DNA of 64,000 nucleotides from the human T2T-CHM13v2.0 reference genome, Homo sapiens. The stretch lies in the NCBI RefSeq assembly GCF_009914755.1, contig NC_060937.1. One strand, written 5' to 3'. Below are positions 1 to 16,420 of this stretch, in pieces; within the stretch, counting starts at the first letter, position 1, and each line of letters starts with the position of its first letter. The translations under genes were made by a program, and so were the position numbers. The notes beneath the pieces are model-generated. The model searched no databases. It worked only from the letters and a program-made list of their open reading frames with translations, and was not told the origin of the DNA.

Positions 1-559
1 AATGGGAAAAATAAAACTGTATTACAACAACACTTCAACAACAGATTAAAAACTGTCTTAATCATGTTAAGGAAAAAAAAAAAAGAGTACGAGAAACAGA
101 AACCTCAGGCAAGAAGGAATGGGACAGCCACACACTTAGGAGGAGCAACAGAGGAACAAAGAAAAGGAGCAAACTAGGATAATAGCAGCATTTGGGGCTG
201 AGGCACAGAGAAGGTCAAAGGGAAAAGAAAAATGCCAACATTTCCCACTTGCCTTCAAATCCCATCACCTCAAACCTTAAGAGACTAATTTCGTCCTCAG
301 TGTCAATCCTTCATGTCATGGAAATGGCTGCCAAAAAATATCACCTGAAAGTTTCACTCCCCACCCATAGTATCTGCTTGCCTCTGCATAGAGGCATCTC
401 ATCACTTCTTCCTCTCTTTACCTCTCATTCATCAGGTGATTGCACTGATTCTCTAGAAGTTTCATTTGCTTGCATAATTTTTTTAATAAACTGAAGAGTT
501 CCTTGACAAGTAACTCAAATTCATTTGCACCTACACATTTTCTTGTTTGCACCTAAACT

Positions 560-800
560 GACACTTACAACTATATATATCATTTACCGAGCACTTCTTT
601 CTGCCAGGTACTGTTCTCTCAAGCACTCAACATCCATTAATTCATTTAAATTGTCACTACAACCCTATGAGGTAGATGCAACCCCCAATCTATAGATGAC
701 AAAACTGAGGCACGGATGTGTCAAATAACTTCCAGTGTCACATAGCTAGTAATTTTAATGGTGTTTGAACCCCAGCAGTTTGGCTCCATAACCCATGCTA
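560..800 (-). mobile_element. MIR SINE remnant
   Basis: Core 'tatagatgacaaaactgaggcac...aacttccagtgtcacatagctagt...tttgaacccc'. Confidence 0.7.
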
Positions 801-1227
801 ACCCTGTTTGCAGACAGGTCAGTACTTGGTAGAAAATTCAGTATTAATCACTTGGGCTATCTGATCTTCTTTAATTTTCTTTGAAAGATACCCCTTTGAC
901 TCTGTTAATTATGCTGCAAAAGGTTATCTTAAGAATGCCTGATATTTCATTTAATACTCACTAATCCTGATGTTTTTAAACACCCTAGGAATCCATTGTT
1001 CTTGTTTATGCAATTTAATTTGAACTACAGTTTACTATTCAAAATCTGCATACCTGTGTAAAAAATTTACCCAGGCTTTTGTTTTCTCTCACAATATTGA
1101 ACTTAAGTAGCACAATTACTATAATACAGTGTGACTCACACATACACAGAATTGGTATTCTAACTAAAAAGTAAATTATACAAGTCCTCCAGCCCTACGT
1201 CCTAACTCAACTATGTTTTTTATCTCA

Positions 1228-1920
<693 letters not shown>

Positions 1921-2321
1921 CTATGAAATATGAAGCAAGCCATCTGCCGAGAATAAGGTGAGAAGAACCTGACAATATGATTAAGGATGGTGGTGTACTT
2001 AGGAACAGCCACCATAAAATGTGCAAAAGAACTCAGACCAGGTTCCATTTATGCTGCTATTTCCAAGTAGTAAAAAATATTTACACAATCCCTTGTGGAT
2101 ATGTATAAGCTTTCAAGGCATAATTTTAAGGTATCAGTTTAGTAAAAAGGCAATAGTCATAAATCATTTATAATTATAAAATCATTTTGAATAGCTCTGT
2201 TTAGAAAAAAGCAATATGCATAAGTCATATAAAGGCACCATTTAAAAATGTCTATATTTTCACCTATTCTTTTGTTGTAAATATTAACTATATCTACTAT
2301 ATAGAAAAAATATATATAACA

Positions 2322-2691
<370 letters not shown>

Positions 2692-2709
2692 TTAAACAGA
2701 ACAGAGTAA

Positions 2710-3332
<623 letters not shown>

Positions 3333-4006
3333 TACAATACATGCTTCTATTATAGAAATACCAACTAGTTTATATGCTCCTGGTAAATAAGGGAGTAATA
3401 TCAGAATAATGCAGAAGTTCAGTTGGTTCATAGGTGATTTTTTTTTTTCCTAATCAAGGGAAACCACAATATCAAGAGTACAATTATAAGCTTAGGCAGA
3501 AAGGAAAAGGCTCTCAGCCCTGCTACTACACAGCTGAGAGGCTTTGTAGTTCTATTTCAAGAAAAATAAAAACGCATACCTGCATCCCAGGTGAGGAGCA
3601 CCTCCCAGCTTTCCAGGGCTCTTGGCTTTCTCTTGTGCCCACCTTACTCTCGGCTCACTGGCTCAGAGCTCTACTTCCATCTGCCATGGCTCAATGCCTC
3701 TATACTAGCATTTCCACCCTACTGCTTTTGTACATTTTTTAATTGCCCCTATAACAGACTCCAACCCACTGATCTCCCTTCCTGCGCTTTCCAGTGAATT
3801 ATCAATTATTGACTTTGTTAGCACCTTAGTTATAAAGTTGCAGAGTTTTCCTTTTCTGCTCCAAATCTATTTTTGCCCATAAGCCGTGTTATTTTTAGTG
3901 TGCAATTTTACATAAAGCAAAGTATTTTAGCAATGCGTATATATGCATTATAGCCAGAACACCTGCAGGTTACACATCTAAATATTAATAGAACTCAGTG
4001 GCTTAC

Positions 4007-4222
4007 CTTTGGAAGCTTGATAGGGGGCTCTTTGGATTCCTCTTCTTCATCACTATCTGATTCTCCACTCTGCACAGAGTTCTTAGATGCGGCTGCCAAT
4101 GATATTTCCTTTTTCTGCCATTCCAGAACGCAATGGCGTACATTACAGTAAATATTGAAAGCAGAAGGATTGCTATGTAGTTTGATATCTGGTATGATTA
4201 CTGTATTCTCTAAGTTTTCAGA
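4007..4222 (-). CDS. MYCBP2: MYCBP2 coding exon 3 (216 nt; SENLENTVIIPDIKLHSNP...EPPIKLPK)
   Basis: Acceptor ttctgttttgtatttcag|TCT and donor AAG|GTAAGC; phase 0-0. Contained in ORF 3995..4279 and matches the recognised MYCBP2 sequence. Confidence 0.97.
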
Positions 4223-5184
4223 CTGAAATACAAAACAGAATATTTCCATTTCACACTCTTTTCTATCATCAAGTCCCATTTTACATAAAAGTAAAGATTA
4301 GACACACTAACTGACTTGCAGAAGACACATTATGTGACACAGCAGAGACAGTCTAAGTCTATGGACCCAACTTCTAGTCCCCTTTTCTATACCTCACTAT
4401 TTTTTGAGCAATGCAGCAATAACCAACCAATCTGACAAGGGCTGGAAAAGGATGGGCAAAAAACTTAGAAATATTCTTGTATCGCCATGACAGGAATAGA
4501 CTCAACAAAGCTTAACTCTTAGAGTTCTGTATCAAAGGAAATTCATTTTACGACTTCCTAAGAGACTCTAGACACACTGTAGAGTCTCAATGACCTACTA
4601 CAAACATTAGATTGCATTTTGAATGCTTTTAAAAGTAGATATAGAAGTTTACACAGAAATGAGGGCCTCCCAAAAAAACACTTAATTTTCATCAGCTCAT
4701 TTCATTCTCATTCAAGTAACAGTAATGCCAAGTAAACTGTAGATGCTTCCCTAAGCTCTCTCTCACCTATCAGTATTGATAAAGGCTAAAAATCATGTGA
4801 TTGGTAATTTGTTAAGACTAAACAGTTTCTCTTTTATGCCCAATATTTTATTCATCAGACAGCAACTACAATTTCAAGATCAACATTTATATTATAAATA
4901 TAAAAAGCTGTTTTAAAATATTTTAGAAATTCAACTTCCAATAATTAGAGTATGTCCAGGAAGTATCTAAGATAAACAAAATGATACCTCAAGTACCAAA
5001 AACACTTGGTCCCAAATATTCGACTCTTCTTCCATAAAGAATTGGAAAAAAAAAATACACTTGTTAAATAAGAAATACATCAAAAAGTTAAATTGGCATG
5101 GCATATAACTTATGAATATATGTATAAGAGATATTACAAATATCTCATCCAAATATCCAGAGATATTACAAGTATTAGCTATTC

Positions 5185-7330
5185 AAATCCAACAATATAT
5201 AAAAAAGTAATACATTATGACCAACTGAGGTTTAACCCAGGGACAATGCTGGCACAACACTGGAAAAGCAACCACTGTTGTAACAGAGAAAAAATATATT
5301 ATACTTCAAATAAACACAGAAAGATCACTTGACAAAAATCCAGTATCGATTCATGATAGAAAAAAAAAAAGTCTAAGTTAGGAATAGAAGGGAATTTTCT
5401 CAACTTGATAAAGGGTATCTACAAAATAACCACAGCTAACATGGTAATAGACTGAATGCTTTCCCTCTAAGATTGTGATCCAGGCAAATTGGTCTACTCT
5501 CAGCAACTCATCAACATTGTACTGGATATCCTATCTAGTGCAAGGAAAATATCCTATCCAGCCAAGGGAAAAAGGCAAGAAGTATTTTCTAAAAAAGAAA
5601 TGTTTTTACTTGTAAAAAAACATGTAGAGAATCTTAAGGAATCTGCAAAAAAGTTACCAGAAATAGTATGCAGATTTAACAAAATCACAGGATATAAAAT
5701 TACTATATAAAAATGAGTAGTATATCCACATACTAGGAATGAACAACTGAAAAAATGTAATTTCAAAAATAATAGCATTGAAGTCACAGACTGGGAGAAA
5801 ATATTTGCAAACCACATATCCAACAAAGGATGAGTATTCAGAATATATAAAGAATTCTCAAAAGTCAACAGTAAAAACAAACAAGGAATCCAATTAACAA
5901 ATGGGCAAAAGATAGGAATAAACACATCAATATAGAAGATATTTACACAAAGGGTGAATAAGCACATGAAAAGAATTTCAACATCATTAGCTACTAGGAA
6001 AATGCAAATTAAAATGAGATATAGTACACACCTATCAGAATGGCTAAAATAAATAGTGACAACACCAAATGCTGGTGGGGATGAGGAGAAACTTATACAT
6101 TGCTGATGGTCATGTAAAATGGTACAGCCACTCTGGAAGAAAGTACAGCAATTTCCTACAAAACTAAATATGTGCTTACCATATAATCCAGCAATTATGT
6201 TCTTGGACATTTACACCAGAGAAATAAAAACTTATGTTCACACAAAAACCAGTACACGAATGTTCGTAATAGCATTCTTTTAAAATAGTCAAAAGCTAGA
6301 AACAACTCAGATATCTTTTAATGGGTAAATGGTTAAACAAACTATAGTACATCCATACCATGAAATGCTTACTCATCAAGGAACAAACAATATGCAACAA
6401 TGTGTGTGAATCTCAAAGACATTTTGCCAAGTGGGGAAAAAAAGCACCAATCTTAAATGATTACATACTGTACAATTTCACTGGACAACATTCTTAAAAT
6501 GGCAAAATTATAAATGCTGAACAGATCAGTGGTTGCCAGAAGCTAAGGAGAGGGTGAGGAAGGAAGATACCTGTGGCTATAAAGGATATCACAGAGAATC
6601 CTTGTGATGGAACTGCTGTATATCCAGACTGTGGTAAGAGTCACATGGACCTACACATGTGATAAAATTACACAGACTTAGGTGCACACAAACACATACA
6701 CACTGCATTCATACTGAAATCATCTCAAAGCAAAATAAATTTTCAAAAATAACTGCATTTACAGTAACATCAAAAATATATAATAATTGTAAATAAAAGT
6801 AATAAAATATGTGTAAGCCCTACACACTGAAAACAAAAAAGTGTTGCTGAGTGAAATTTAAAGACTTAAATAAATGGAGACATATACCATGTTCATGGAT
6901 TGGAAAATTCAATATCATTAAAATGGCAATTCTTCCCCCAAAAGCAAGCCACAGAACAGGAGAAATGTATTTGGAATGCAGATATCTGACAAAAGACTTG
7001 TATTTAGAATATATGAGAAACTCTGGCAATTCAATAAGAAGAAGACAATTACAAAAATAAGAGGCAAGATCTGAACAGACATTTCACATCAAAAAAATAA
7101 GAATGGCAAAAGGTACATGAAAAGATTTCACATCATTAGTCATTAGAGAAAAGCAAGCTAAAACCACAATGGGAAACCCCTACTTAGTAGGCTGACTAAA
7201 ATTTAAAAAGCGAATACCATATGTTTGCAAAGATATGAAGCAACTAGATTGGTCATATACCACTGGTGGGACTACAGATTGGAACAACCACTTTGGAAAA
7301 GAGTTTTCTAGTTTCTTAAAAAGCTAAATG
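5185..7330 (+). mobile_element. Old L1M fragments (ORF2 remnant with a nested L1MC-like 3' end at ~5780-6735)
   Basis: L1 motifs 'gactgggagaaaatatttgcaaacc', 'ataatccagcaatt', 'ccatgttcatggattggaaaattcaatatc'. Decayed ORF2 peptide [22 protein letters not shown]. Confidence 0.85.
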
Positions 7331-7334
7331 TACA

Positions 7335-7628
<294 letters not shown>

Positions 7629-7659
7629 GCTAAACTAAACGTACATTTACCGTGCCCAC

Positions 7660-8200
7660 TCTGAGGAAAAAGTTAACGCTGCAGGCATGATTGCTTACTC
7701 CTTGTATTTCCCCAAGGAAACCATGATTGACCCTTGGCTAACCTTTGGGAATGTGGATGTTTAGAGTTTTCTTTGTGGTAGTGATTGATGATTGTGTTAT
7801 GAACACACAGAGCAATGGACCATGCCTCCTGGCCTGTCAGACTGCTCTGCATGTACGAACATCAAGCTTTACAATGTGTACCTGAGTTTCACTTACCATG
7901 TCTGATTGACTAACAAGATATGTCTGTGTGACCAAACCCACAAAGTCTTGAATTCTAAAACTCACCTGAGCAAAAACAATATACACATTTCTCTGTAGTT
8001 CACTGCCAGAGAGAAAGCATGTCTTTCTTTCTGACATGAAAGCTCAGTCAATGAAGAACTAGGAAGCCTATGCCATAACTTCCTATACATCACAAACACA
8101 TACCTTTTTCCTGCTGCTTGCTCTGTATCCTTTGTTGTAATAAATCTTAGCCATGAGTATAAATTGCTTGTGAGATTTATGAGTCCTTCTGGCAAATCAA
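7660..8200 (+). mobile_element. Solo LTR remnant (ERVL class, MER21/MER68/MER77-like)
   Basis: 3' part 'tctgtatcctttgttgtaataaatcttagccatgagtata...tgagtccttctggcaaatca' resembles MER21-group LTRs. Confidence 0.55.
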
Positions 8201-8522
8201 AGGAAAAACCACCTAAACATTCCACTCCTCAGTATGCACCCAAGAAAACTGAACACACACACATACACACACAAGTGCATATATATGTATATAAAATCAG
8301 CAAAAAAATGGAATGAACTATTGATATACAACAACATTAACACAAATCATTATGCTGAGGGAAAGACACCAGATTTAAAAAAAAAAGAGCACTCACAATA
8401 TGATCACATTTATATGAAGTTCTAGAAAATGAAAACTAATCTACAGTGACAGAAAATATATCTGTGGTTGTCTACAGCCAGGGTTATAGGGAGGGATGGA
8501 ATCAGCAGAGGGTAAGAAAACC

Positions 8523-8836
8523 GGCCAGGCACGGTGGCTTGTGCCTGTAATCCCAGCACTTTGGGAGGCCAAGGCGGGTGGTTCACCTGAGGTCAGGAGT
8601 TTGAGACAGCCTGGCCAACATGGTGAAATCTTGTCTCTACTAAAAATACAAAAATTAGCTGGACGTGGTGGCTGGTGCCTGTAATCCCAGCTACTCAGGA
8701 GGCTGAGGCAGGGAATTGCTTGAACCCAGGAGGTAGAAGCTGCAGTGAGCTGAGATCGCACACCACTGCACTCCAGCCTGGGAGACAGAGCAAGACTCCG
8801 TCTCAAAAAAAAAAAAAAAAAAAGAAAGAAAAAAAA
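8523..8836 (+). mobile_element. AluS (Sx/Sz-like) inserted in an L1M 3' remnant
   Basis: Full Alu with A tail; TSD aagaaaacc on both sides. Confidence 0.92.
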
Positions 8837-9332
8837 AGAAAACCCCTGGAGATGATAGAAATGTTCTGAACTTTGACTGCAGTAGTGCTTCTATGCATGA
8901 ATGTTAACTTTCAAAACTTACTGAACTGCAAACTTCAAATCTCTATGTCAGGCTCAGCTACTGAGAAGCCTGAAGACAGACGCATTTGGGATTAGGAAGT
9001 TGAGGAACTTTTCTGAGTAATGAATTTGATTTCTCCTGTAAGAAAGTGAAGTCATGTGCTGGAAGGTAGAATTTATCAGAGGTTTGAGGAGCATGGCAAA
9101 GGTCTGAAATAATCACAGAAGAAAAGAGAACTATTTGACCAGAAAAAATAATAAGATAGTCTGGCTATGGTATACTTGAGATTGATGATCATGAATGTGT
9201 ATCATTATCAGTTAACTCTTGTGTAACTCTCTTTGGCAGCACATGGAACTCACCTTAAGGGAGGGACAAAATAACTGGATTCACACAAGATTGAGTTTTG
9301 TCAGATTAATGCAACAAATATACAAGGGAGAT

Positions 9333-9820
9333 ATGGTAGGTAAATAATAGCCTCCAAAAACTTCTATACCCTAATTCCCCAGAACCCAGGTGAATATTAC
9401 CTTACATGGCAAAAGGGACTCTGTATATGTGATTAAACTAAGGATTTTGAAATGCACAGATTATCTGGATGGGCCAATGTAATCACAAGGGTCCTTACAA
9501 GTGAAAGAGGGAGGCTGGACAGTAAGAGGAGGAGATAAAACAACAGAAAACTATCAGTGATGCCGCATGAGAAAACTCAACCAACCGCCACTGGCTTTGA
9601 AGATGGAAGGGGGCCACAACCCAAGACATCTGAGCAGCCTCTACTATAGAAACTGGAAAGGCAAAAAAACAGATTCCCTCCTAGAGCCTCCAGAAGGAAT
9701 AAAGCCTTGCTGACACCTTGATTTTAGCTCAGTGAGATCCATTTTGGACTTCAGATTTCCAGAACTGTAAGATAACGAGTGTTAATTTAAACCATCAAGT
9801 TTTTGTAATTTGTTACAGAT
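9333..9820 (+). mobile_element. MaLR LTR (MLT1D-like)
   Basis: 'ttaccttacatggcaaaagggact...gtgattaa', 'ccctcctagagcctccagaagga', 'ccagaactgtaagataa...taatttgttacag'. Confidence 0.8.
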
Positions 9821-9949
9821 TAAATAAGAGTTTTTCTAAAAAGAAAGACTGGTATCTAACCTGGGTAAGATGGAAATTAAATAAAGGAGATGACTGATGG
9901 ATGAGGAGAAATAGAGGGGTTGATGATAGCCATAAAGTAGATATAATGG

Positions 9950-9984
<35 letters not shown>

Positions 9985-10010
9985 TATATACATATATATA
10001 AAATATATAT
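9950..10010. repeat. (TA)n microsatellite
   Basis: tatatata...catatata tract. Confidence 0.9.
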
Positions 10011-10926
10011 AAAGTAGATATAAAGTAGATAAAATGCCAGCTAAATGGCATTTTAAAAATAACTTTCAGAAAGAGGGTAGATGAAAAATAATCTGGAAAA
10101 AGTAATACAGGTCAAGGAGACTAACAACACCATTTTACTACTTTATATGCTTTCCATGAGCAAAAAATGCCTCTTACTCATCTTTGTATCCCAAACATCC
10201 AGCATAATGCCTGCACATACTCAGCATGCAATTAATGTTTGAGGAATAAATGAATGAACTTACTTACATCACTGTTATCTCAAACTACTCTTAAAAAGAA
10301 GATATAGAAATACTGAGAGCAAGAGGAAAAAAACTGAATTACTAAGGGCACAAAGCTAGTTGGAGGCCGAATTGAAGGGGACAAAAGACCTTGACTTCTC
10401 CTCACCTCTTCCTGGATATCATATGCCACCACTTCAGGAAAATCACCAAATGAAACCTTAAAAAAACTTAAAAGATATTCAAGATTCCCATACTCCGATT
10501 TGCACATAGCACCAAAAAGTTGAAAAGGGATAGAGGTTGGAATGACTGTATTTGTTAGAGGTTTTCTGTATATTGACAATGCGCTCCACTTCCCTCCTCT
10601 ATCCCAGAAGCAGAAGTAATGAGAAGGGATACAGTGAACAGATTATTTTTCTGCCTACCCGGCAACACTTTCCTTAGGGTAACTATTCCTCCCTCATTTC
10701 ATGTGGCCTATTCACCAGGGTGCTCACCCACTGCCCATCTCAGGGTTAAAAATATAACTCAGTCTAACCAAAGTATCCCGTATCTCCGTGGTCAAAGCAA
10801 ATGATGCAGGTAAACCGAAAATCCTACCCAAGACTTTCTGCTATGACTAGTATAAGAGATTGCCTCTTGCTCAGAGCAAATGGAGTTGGAGCTACTGGCA
10901 GCCTCAGCCTCAGTCACAGGTAATAA

Positions 10927-11279
<353 letters not shown>

Positions 11280-11985
11280 AATGATATCATTTCATCCCCG
11301 GATCCATCTGTGTCTCAAGATAGAGCCACCAAATAAATGCCATCCCCCAACCTTTCATTTTATTTTAGGTTTGCTACTTTGAAGTAGATTTCTCTCAGTT
11401 ACAATAGTAAAAACACTAACTTAAAAGTGTAGGAAACAATTGCCTCTATAGTTGCTATACAGGCCCAGCAAATCTATTGTTTCTTTAACTCAAAGTGAAG
11501 CTATTCAGGAATCATAGTTACGACTCCTCTCTTCCTTCTGTCTAGATGTTCAATAGAAAAGAGACTGTTATATCAAGTGCTCTGGTCACTGAAAATGTTC
11601 AGTATAAAAAAGATGGATTTTATAGAGATCTCTGCATTAGGTGAAAATAGATTCTTGGTTTCTAAGGTCTCACCTAATTCAAATATTCCATATTGCCTTT
11701 TCTTTTGCAGAGCTACCAACAGTCAAAAGAGGCTCAGAACAATATGGACACACCAAGTTTCCCTAATTCCTGTCAAGAAAGGCATATGATGAACCCAAAT
11801 CCAAGTCCCAGTTTACAAGCTAATTTTACTCAAGTTTCTAGTACCTGTAGTCAGATTGAAAAAAGAGAACAGAAATGGATATGTTCCCCAAAGGACTGAT
11901 CAAAGATAATAAGAATAAATAGCAAATAATTTTCAACATCCAGATATTAACTTCCAGGCTACTGGTCAAGAAAATCCCAGAAATA

Positions 11986-12257
11986 GGCTGGGCACAGTGG
12001 CTCATGTCTGCAATGTCAGTACTTTGGGAGGCCGAGGTGAGAGGATTGCTTGAGCCCACGAGTTCGAGACAAGCCTGGCCAATACCGTGAGACCCTGTCT
12101 CTACAAAAAATTTAACAATTAGCTGGTTGTGGTGGCATTTACTTGTAGTCCCAGCTACTCAGGAGGCTGAGGTGGAAGGATCACTTGAGCCCAGGAAACT
12201 ACTGGACTCCAGCCTGGGTGACAAAACAAGACCCTGTTTCAAAAAAGAAAAAAAAAA
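11986..12257 (+). mobile_element. AluJ-like with an internal right-arm deletion
   Basis: 'gaggattgcttgagcccacgagttcgagac' and 'ggatcacttgagcccagg'; ends about 190 nt from the exon 2 donor. Confidence 0.85.
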
Positions 12258-12446
12258 GGCAAGAAAGAAAAGAAACACCCAAAAGAAAGATGAAACTAAA
12301 AGAGGAACCAAATCATAAAGGGCTTTTACAAAATTACTTCAGCACATACTAATAAAATGGTTTAATTATATTTTTTAATCTTGGCATTTTTATTCAAATC
12401 ACCATATGAAAAAGTCCTATTCCTTATCAATTACCAGCAGCTTTAC

Positions 12447-12522
12447 CTTGCTTCTTGTCTTCACTTTTGATTTGCTCTTCTGTTTTCTTTTCAATTTCTT
12501 CTTATTTAAAATTTTCTTATTC
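12447..12522 (-). CDS. MYCBP2: MYCBP2 coding exon 2 (76 nt; R/NKKILNKKKLKRKQKSKSKVKTRSK)
   Basis: Acceptor ...ttttcttttaatatttag|G and donor AAG|GTAAAG. Completes the phase-2 Arg codon of exon 1 and ends in phase 0, in frame with exon 3. Too short for the ORF track; read manually. Confidence 0.96.
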
Positions 12523-13599
12523 CTAAATATTAAAAGAAAAATGGGAAAAAAATATGAATGTTCATATTAGGACATACAAAGCTATCAAAAATGGGTATTT
12601 CCAAAGTAGACATTTGGATCTTTTTCTTGCAAAATTTCTTTATGTGAAACAATATACTTTACATACACATATAAGATACTAACATATAAAGTAGCTATTG
12701 AGAAGATAACATGGGGCAGCTAAGCAATATACAATATATATTAAATGATAATACAAATTTGAATTCTGCAAAAACATAAACTTAAAACATTAAAAAGGCA
12801 TCAAATGAAGTGTTTTATACTTTATCCATAGTGGGATGTTTACAAATGTCAGTGATGTTTCCAAGAAAAAAAATCTGCTCTTTTTGGTAGTGAGGGCTAC
12901 GGTGCAAAGGGACTTAAGAGCCACTTTTTACTAAACTACTATAGGAAAATCCCCAGCTCATATACTTTATGTCTCCAGCAGCCAGTCTGGATACTTCATT
13001 ATCACATAGTCCTAAGACCAAATTATTCTTTAAGCAAAAGGAAGCCCCTGAATAACTTTTGAGAAACAGAAAAAAATATGTGATAAAGAATAAGAATTAT
13101 GGTGCAAGAAACAAGAAGCAAGGAAAACATTTTATTTTCATTTCACTTAATATGTTTTATGTTCACCATGCTGAGATGCAAAGTAGTAAAGACACAAAAT
13201 GAAAAAGACAGTTCTTGTCCCCAAGGAGCTCAGAGACTTGAATGGAAAGCACAGTTTAGTGATCTAACAAGAGGATACTACTGCTGTAATAAAGAAAAAA
13301 GGATGAAGTCGGGGGGAAGAGGGAATGCAGGGAGAACGAAGGGGAGGAGGTTGTTCCAGATGCTGAAGGGGTCAAGTCCTTAAGATTTGGTAACTAATTT
13401 AGTAACAGCAGTGACAAAAGAGAAAAATTTTAAGCCTAGGTCACTTGGAGGTAGACAATGTCACTCTTAAAAATAGAGAAGTTAGAAGGAAGAGTTAGCC
13501 TGCTGGAAAAAAAGTAATGGGTTTGATTTTGAAGATGTGTAACTTCAAAATACCAAAATGTCAACAAATAGACAAGAGTAACAAGCAGATGAAAATGTT

Positions 13600-14390
13600 A
13601 TCCTTGACATTGCCTTCAGTTTCACTCTTGAAATCAAAATAATCACAAAATCTGGTCAATTATATCTCATAAACAGTTATTGAATCTGTCCACACCATCT
13701 TTACTGCTGCAATGCTAATAAGCTAGGTTACCACCACCTCTTACCTGGACCACTGCAAAAGCTTAACTCATTTCTGCACATCCATACCCTTCAATCCATT
13801 CTTCACATAGGAACCTAACTCAACTTTTAAAGACACAAACCTGAGTGGATAATTCCCCAGCTTAAAAATCAGTATCTTCTCAATTCTCTTAAGATAAAGT
13901 CCAAAAGCACCGACATCGTTTAAAAGATCCTCTTCCAATAACTGACCTCCATCAATCTCTCCTGCCTCATTTTGCATTCTTTTCCACCTGATTCATCATA
14001 CTCCAGCAAGAAGGATATTCTTTCAGTTGTCTGAACCTGTTAAGCTTCATCACAACTTTCACAAAGGTTTTCCCTCTTCCTGAAATTCTCTACCACGTCT
14101 TCTCCTGCTAACCACTACTTATCTTCGAGGTCTCAGCATAAGTGTCACTTAAGTCTAACTCCCCACACTGGATGAGTTTCCCTAATATACACTCTCATTC
14201 ATCGTATATTTATGTTTCATTGTACAGCCAATAACTGTAATTATGTATGGAACTGTTTAATGTATTGCTTCCTCGCCAAGCTAAAAGCTCCAATAGTGCA
14301 GGGGCCCTGTCTTTCTTGTTCACTACTCTAGCCTCTGTCCAGAAAAGTTCCTGGGATATAGTACTCAACGAGTATTTTAAGAGAAAGAGA
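13600..14390 (+). mobile_element. L2 LINE remnant
   Basis: 'ccaccacctcttacctggaccactgcaa', 'gataaagtccaaa', 'aagctcc...ctgtctttcttgttcact...gtactcaa'. Confidence 0.65.
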
Positions 14391-16107
14391 AAGTATAAGA
14401 GAAAGAGTGAGGAAGGGGAGAAATGAGGAAGTTGAGAGCTACAGCTACATGCCTTACTCAGAGATTAAAATAAGGTATCTACATCTATGGTATCGACATG
14501 AGTGCATTTAAAGCATCTCTAGCCAGAAAGGCCCACTAAGGAGTTATCCTTGGGATTATTTTGCACAGACTTTAGTACAAAGGAGGTCATGGAAACTATG
14601 TATGTGGATGAGATTTCCACAAGATAGTATGCCATAAAAGTAAAGAGAAAGAGAAAGATTAACAGTGCCAAATGCTAAACATAAATACATATACCTGCTT
14701 ATAGAATCTACTCAACTACTAGCATTGTGAGGGCATGATGAATGTCTATTTCAACTGTGTACTTTCAGCACCTGCATCAATGTGAAGCATCAGGGATGGT
14801 CAATAAATATCAGATGAACAAATAAATAAATAAAACACAATACGTATTCTTCATACTATTTAGGAAACCAACTTTCCTTTATATTAAAGATTACCTGAGT
14901 GAAATCAGGTATTTGAGCAACAGGAATACATAACTACTAAGAGGTTAGCCCCTTCTATATAACTTATAAAAGCATCAAAATTTATTCCAAACCAATTTTC
15001 AGAGAAGTAGAATATATAAATCCAAATTCAGATAGATTTCCTAAAGACAAGTTATAACTGACTCAAATTTTCCCAATTAGAGACCAATGTTTGTGTCTGT
15101 TTTATCTAATGGAACTTCTTTAAAGTTCAAATGACTTTACGTACATTTCTAAAATACTTCTTTCTATGCATGATGGCATTTAATTGGTTGTAACAATTCT
15201 TATGAATCTGAACCCATCAATTCTTAAGTACAGGCCATCCAAGAACTAGCTATTCCCAAATTAATTATAAATTACTTTTACTGTGTTTTTTGTTGTTGTT
15301 GTTGATTTGGTTTGCAGAGGAAGAGGTAGAAGTTTTCTAAAAGAGCCAGTAATAAGTTGAAAATTATATAAACAAAATTTGTATTCAACATTGGAAAATT
15401 TAAAAATGCCATTTGCTAGTAATATAACACACCATTATATCTCTATATTTGAGAACTAAGCTTAAACCTTTCACAATATCTGAGGATGGGAATATAAAAG
15501 AGAAACTCTAAAAACCAGTCTTACACATTAACAATTTAACTTGGAATTTCTGATGATTTAGGGCTTTATATTCTAAATCAATCGAAGCTTAATGAAGAAT
15601 GTCTGGAATTGGTCCTGTAAGACTTTCAGTCTTCTCACAAAAATAACTTCATATCCATCAGATTTGAAAGAATTGTGGTTGACAATAAAAGGAAAAGGCT
15701 ATTAACATGCCTTAAATATTTATCTTAAAATATTTACTTTAAAAATTCCAAAAATATTTTCTTAAGAGCTACACTGCTTAAGAAAAATCAAATACTTCTG
15801 CAATATAAGAACAAATCAATTTTGCAAATTATTCAGTGATATAGATCAATAGTTTCTCTATCAGCTTATTACTGAGTATACTTTATACCAAAAATGTAGT
15901 CATAATTTTAAAACCTCTTTCACTCAAATCTGCTTCATTTGCAAAATAAAGAGATGAAGGAGACTGAGGTTCCTTGTAAATCCTCTAAAATGCTAAGATT
16001 TTAATAAATCCAAATTTACAGAACTTCTGGAATAAAATGGTTTCAATCTTTTGCTTAATTTCTCTTAGTAATAAGAAATAAAAAATTCCTGAGCCTGTGA
16101 TGTAAAG

Positions 16108-16420
16108 CAGGAATAGGGAAATTTTTTCTGCAAAGGGCCACACAGCAAATATTTTACACTTTGTGAGTCACAAGATCTCTGTTGCAACTACTCAATGGTT
16201 ACAGCACGAAAGCAGCCATCGGCAGCACATAAAGAGAGGAGTGTGCATATATTACAATAAAACTTCCAAATTTCACATAATGCTCACAAAACATTCTCTT
16301 CCTTTTTTATTTTCTTTTCAACCTTTTAAAAATGTAAAAACCACTTTTAGTTCACAGGCTACATAAAAACAAGAATTGGGCCTCATTGGTCTGTGGGTCT
16401 TTGTTTGCTCGCCCCAGATC
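16108..16420. mobile_element. hAT-Charlie DNA transposon (MER58B-like)
   Basis: 'ttttctgcaaagggccacacagcaaatatttta...tctctgttgcaactactcaa'. Confidence 0.7.

Noticed and set aside
4223-4279. ATG-initiated N-terminus (MGLDDRKECEMEIFCFVFQ) of ORF 3995..4279
   Set aside because: Intronic branch and polypyrimidine region before the exon 3 acceptor; no promoter evidence.
5554-6210. 218-aa hydrophobic minus-strand ORF
   Set aside because: Antisense reading of A-rich L1 3' sequence.
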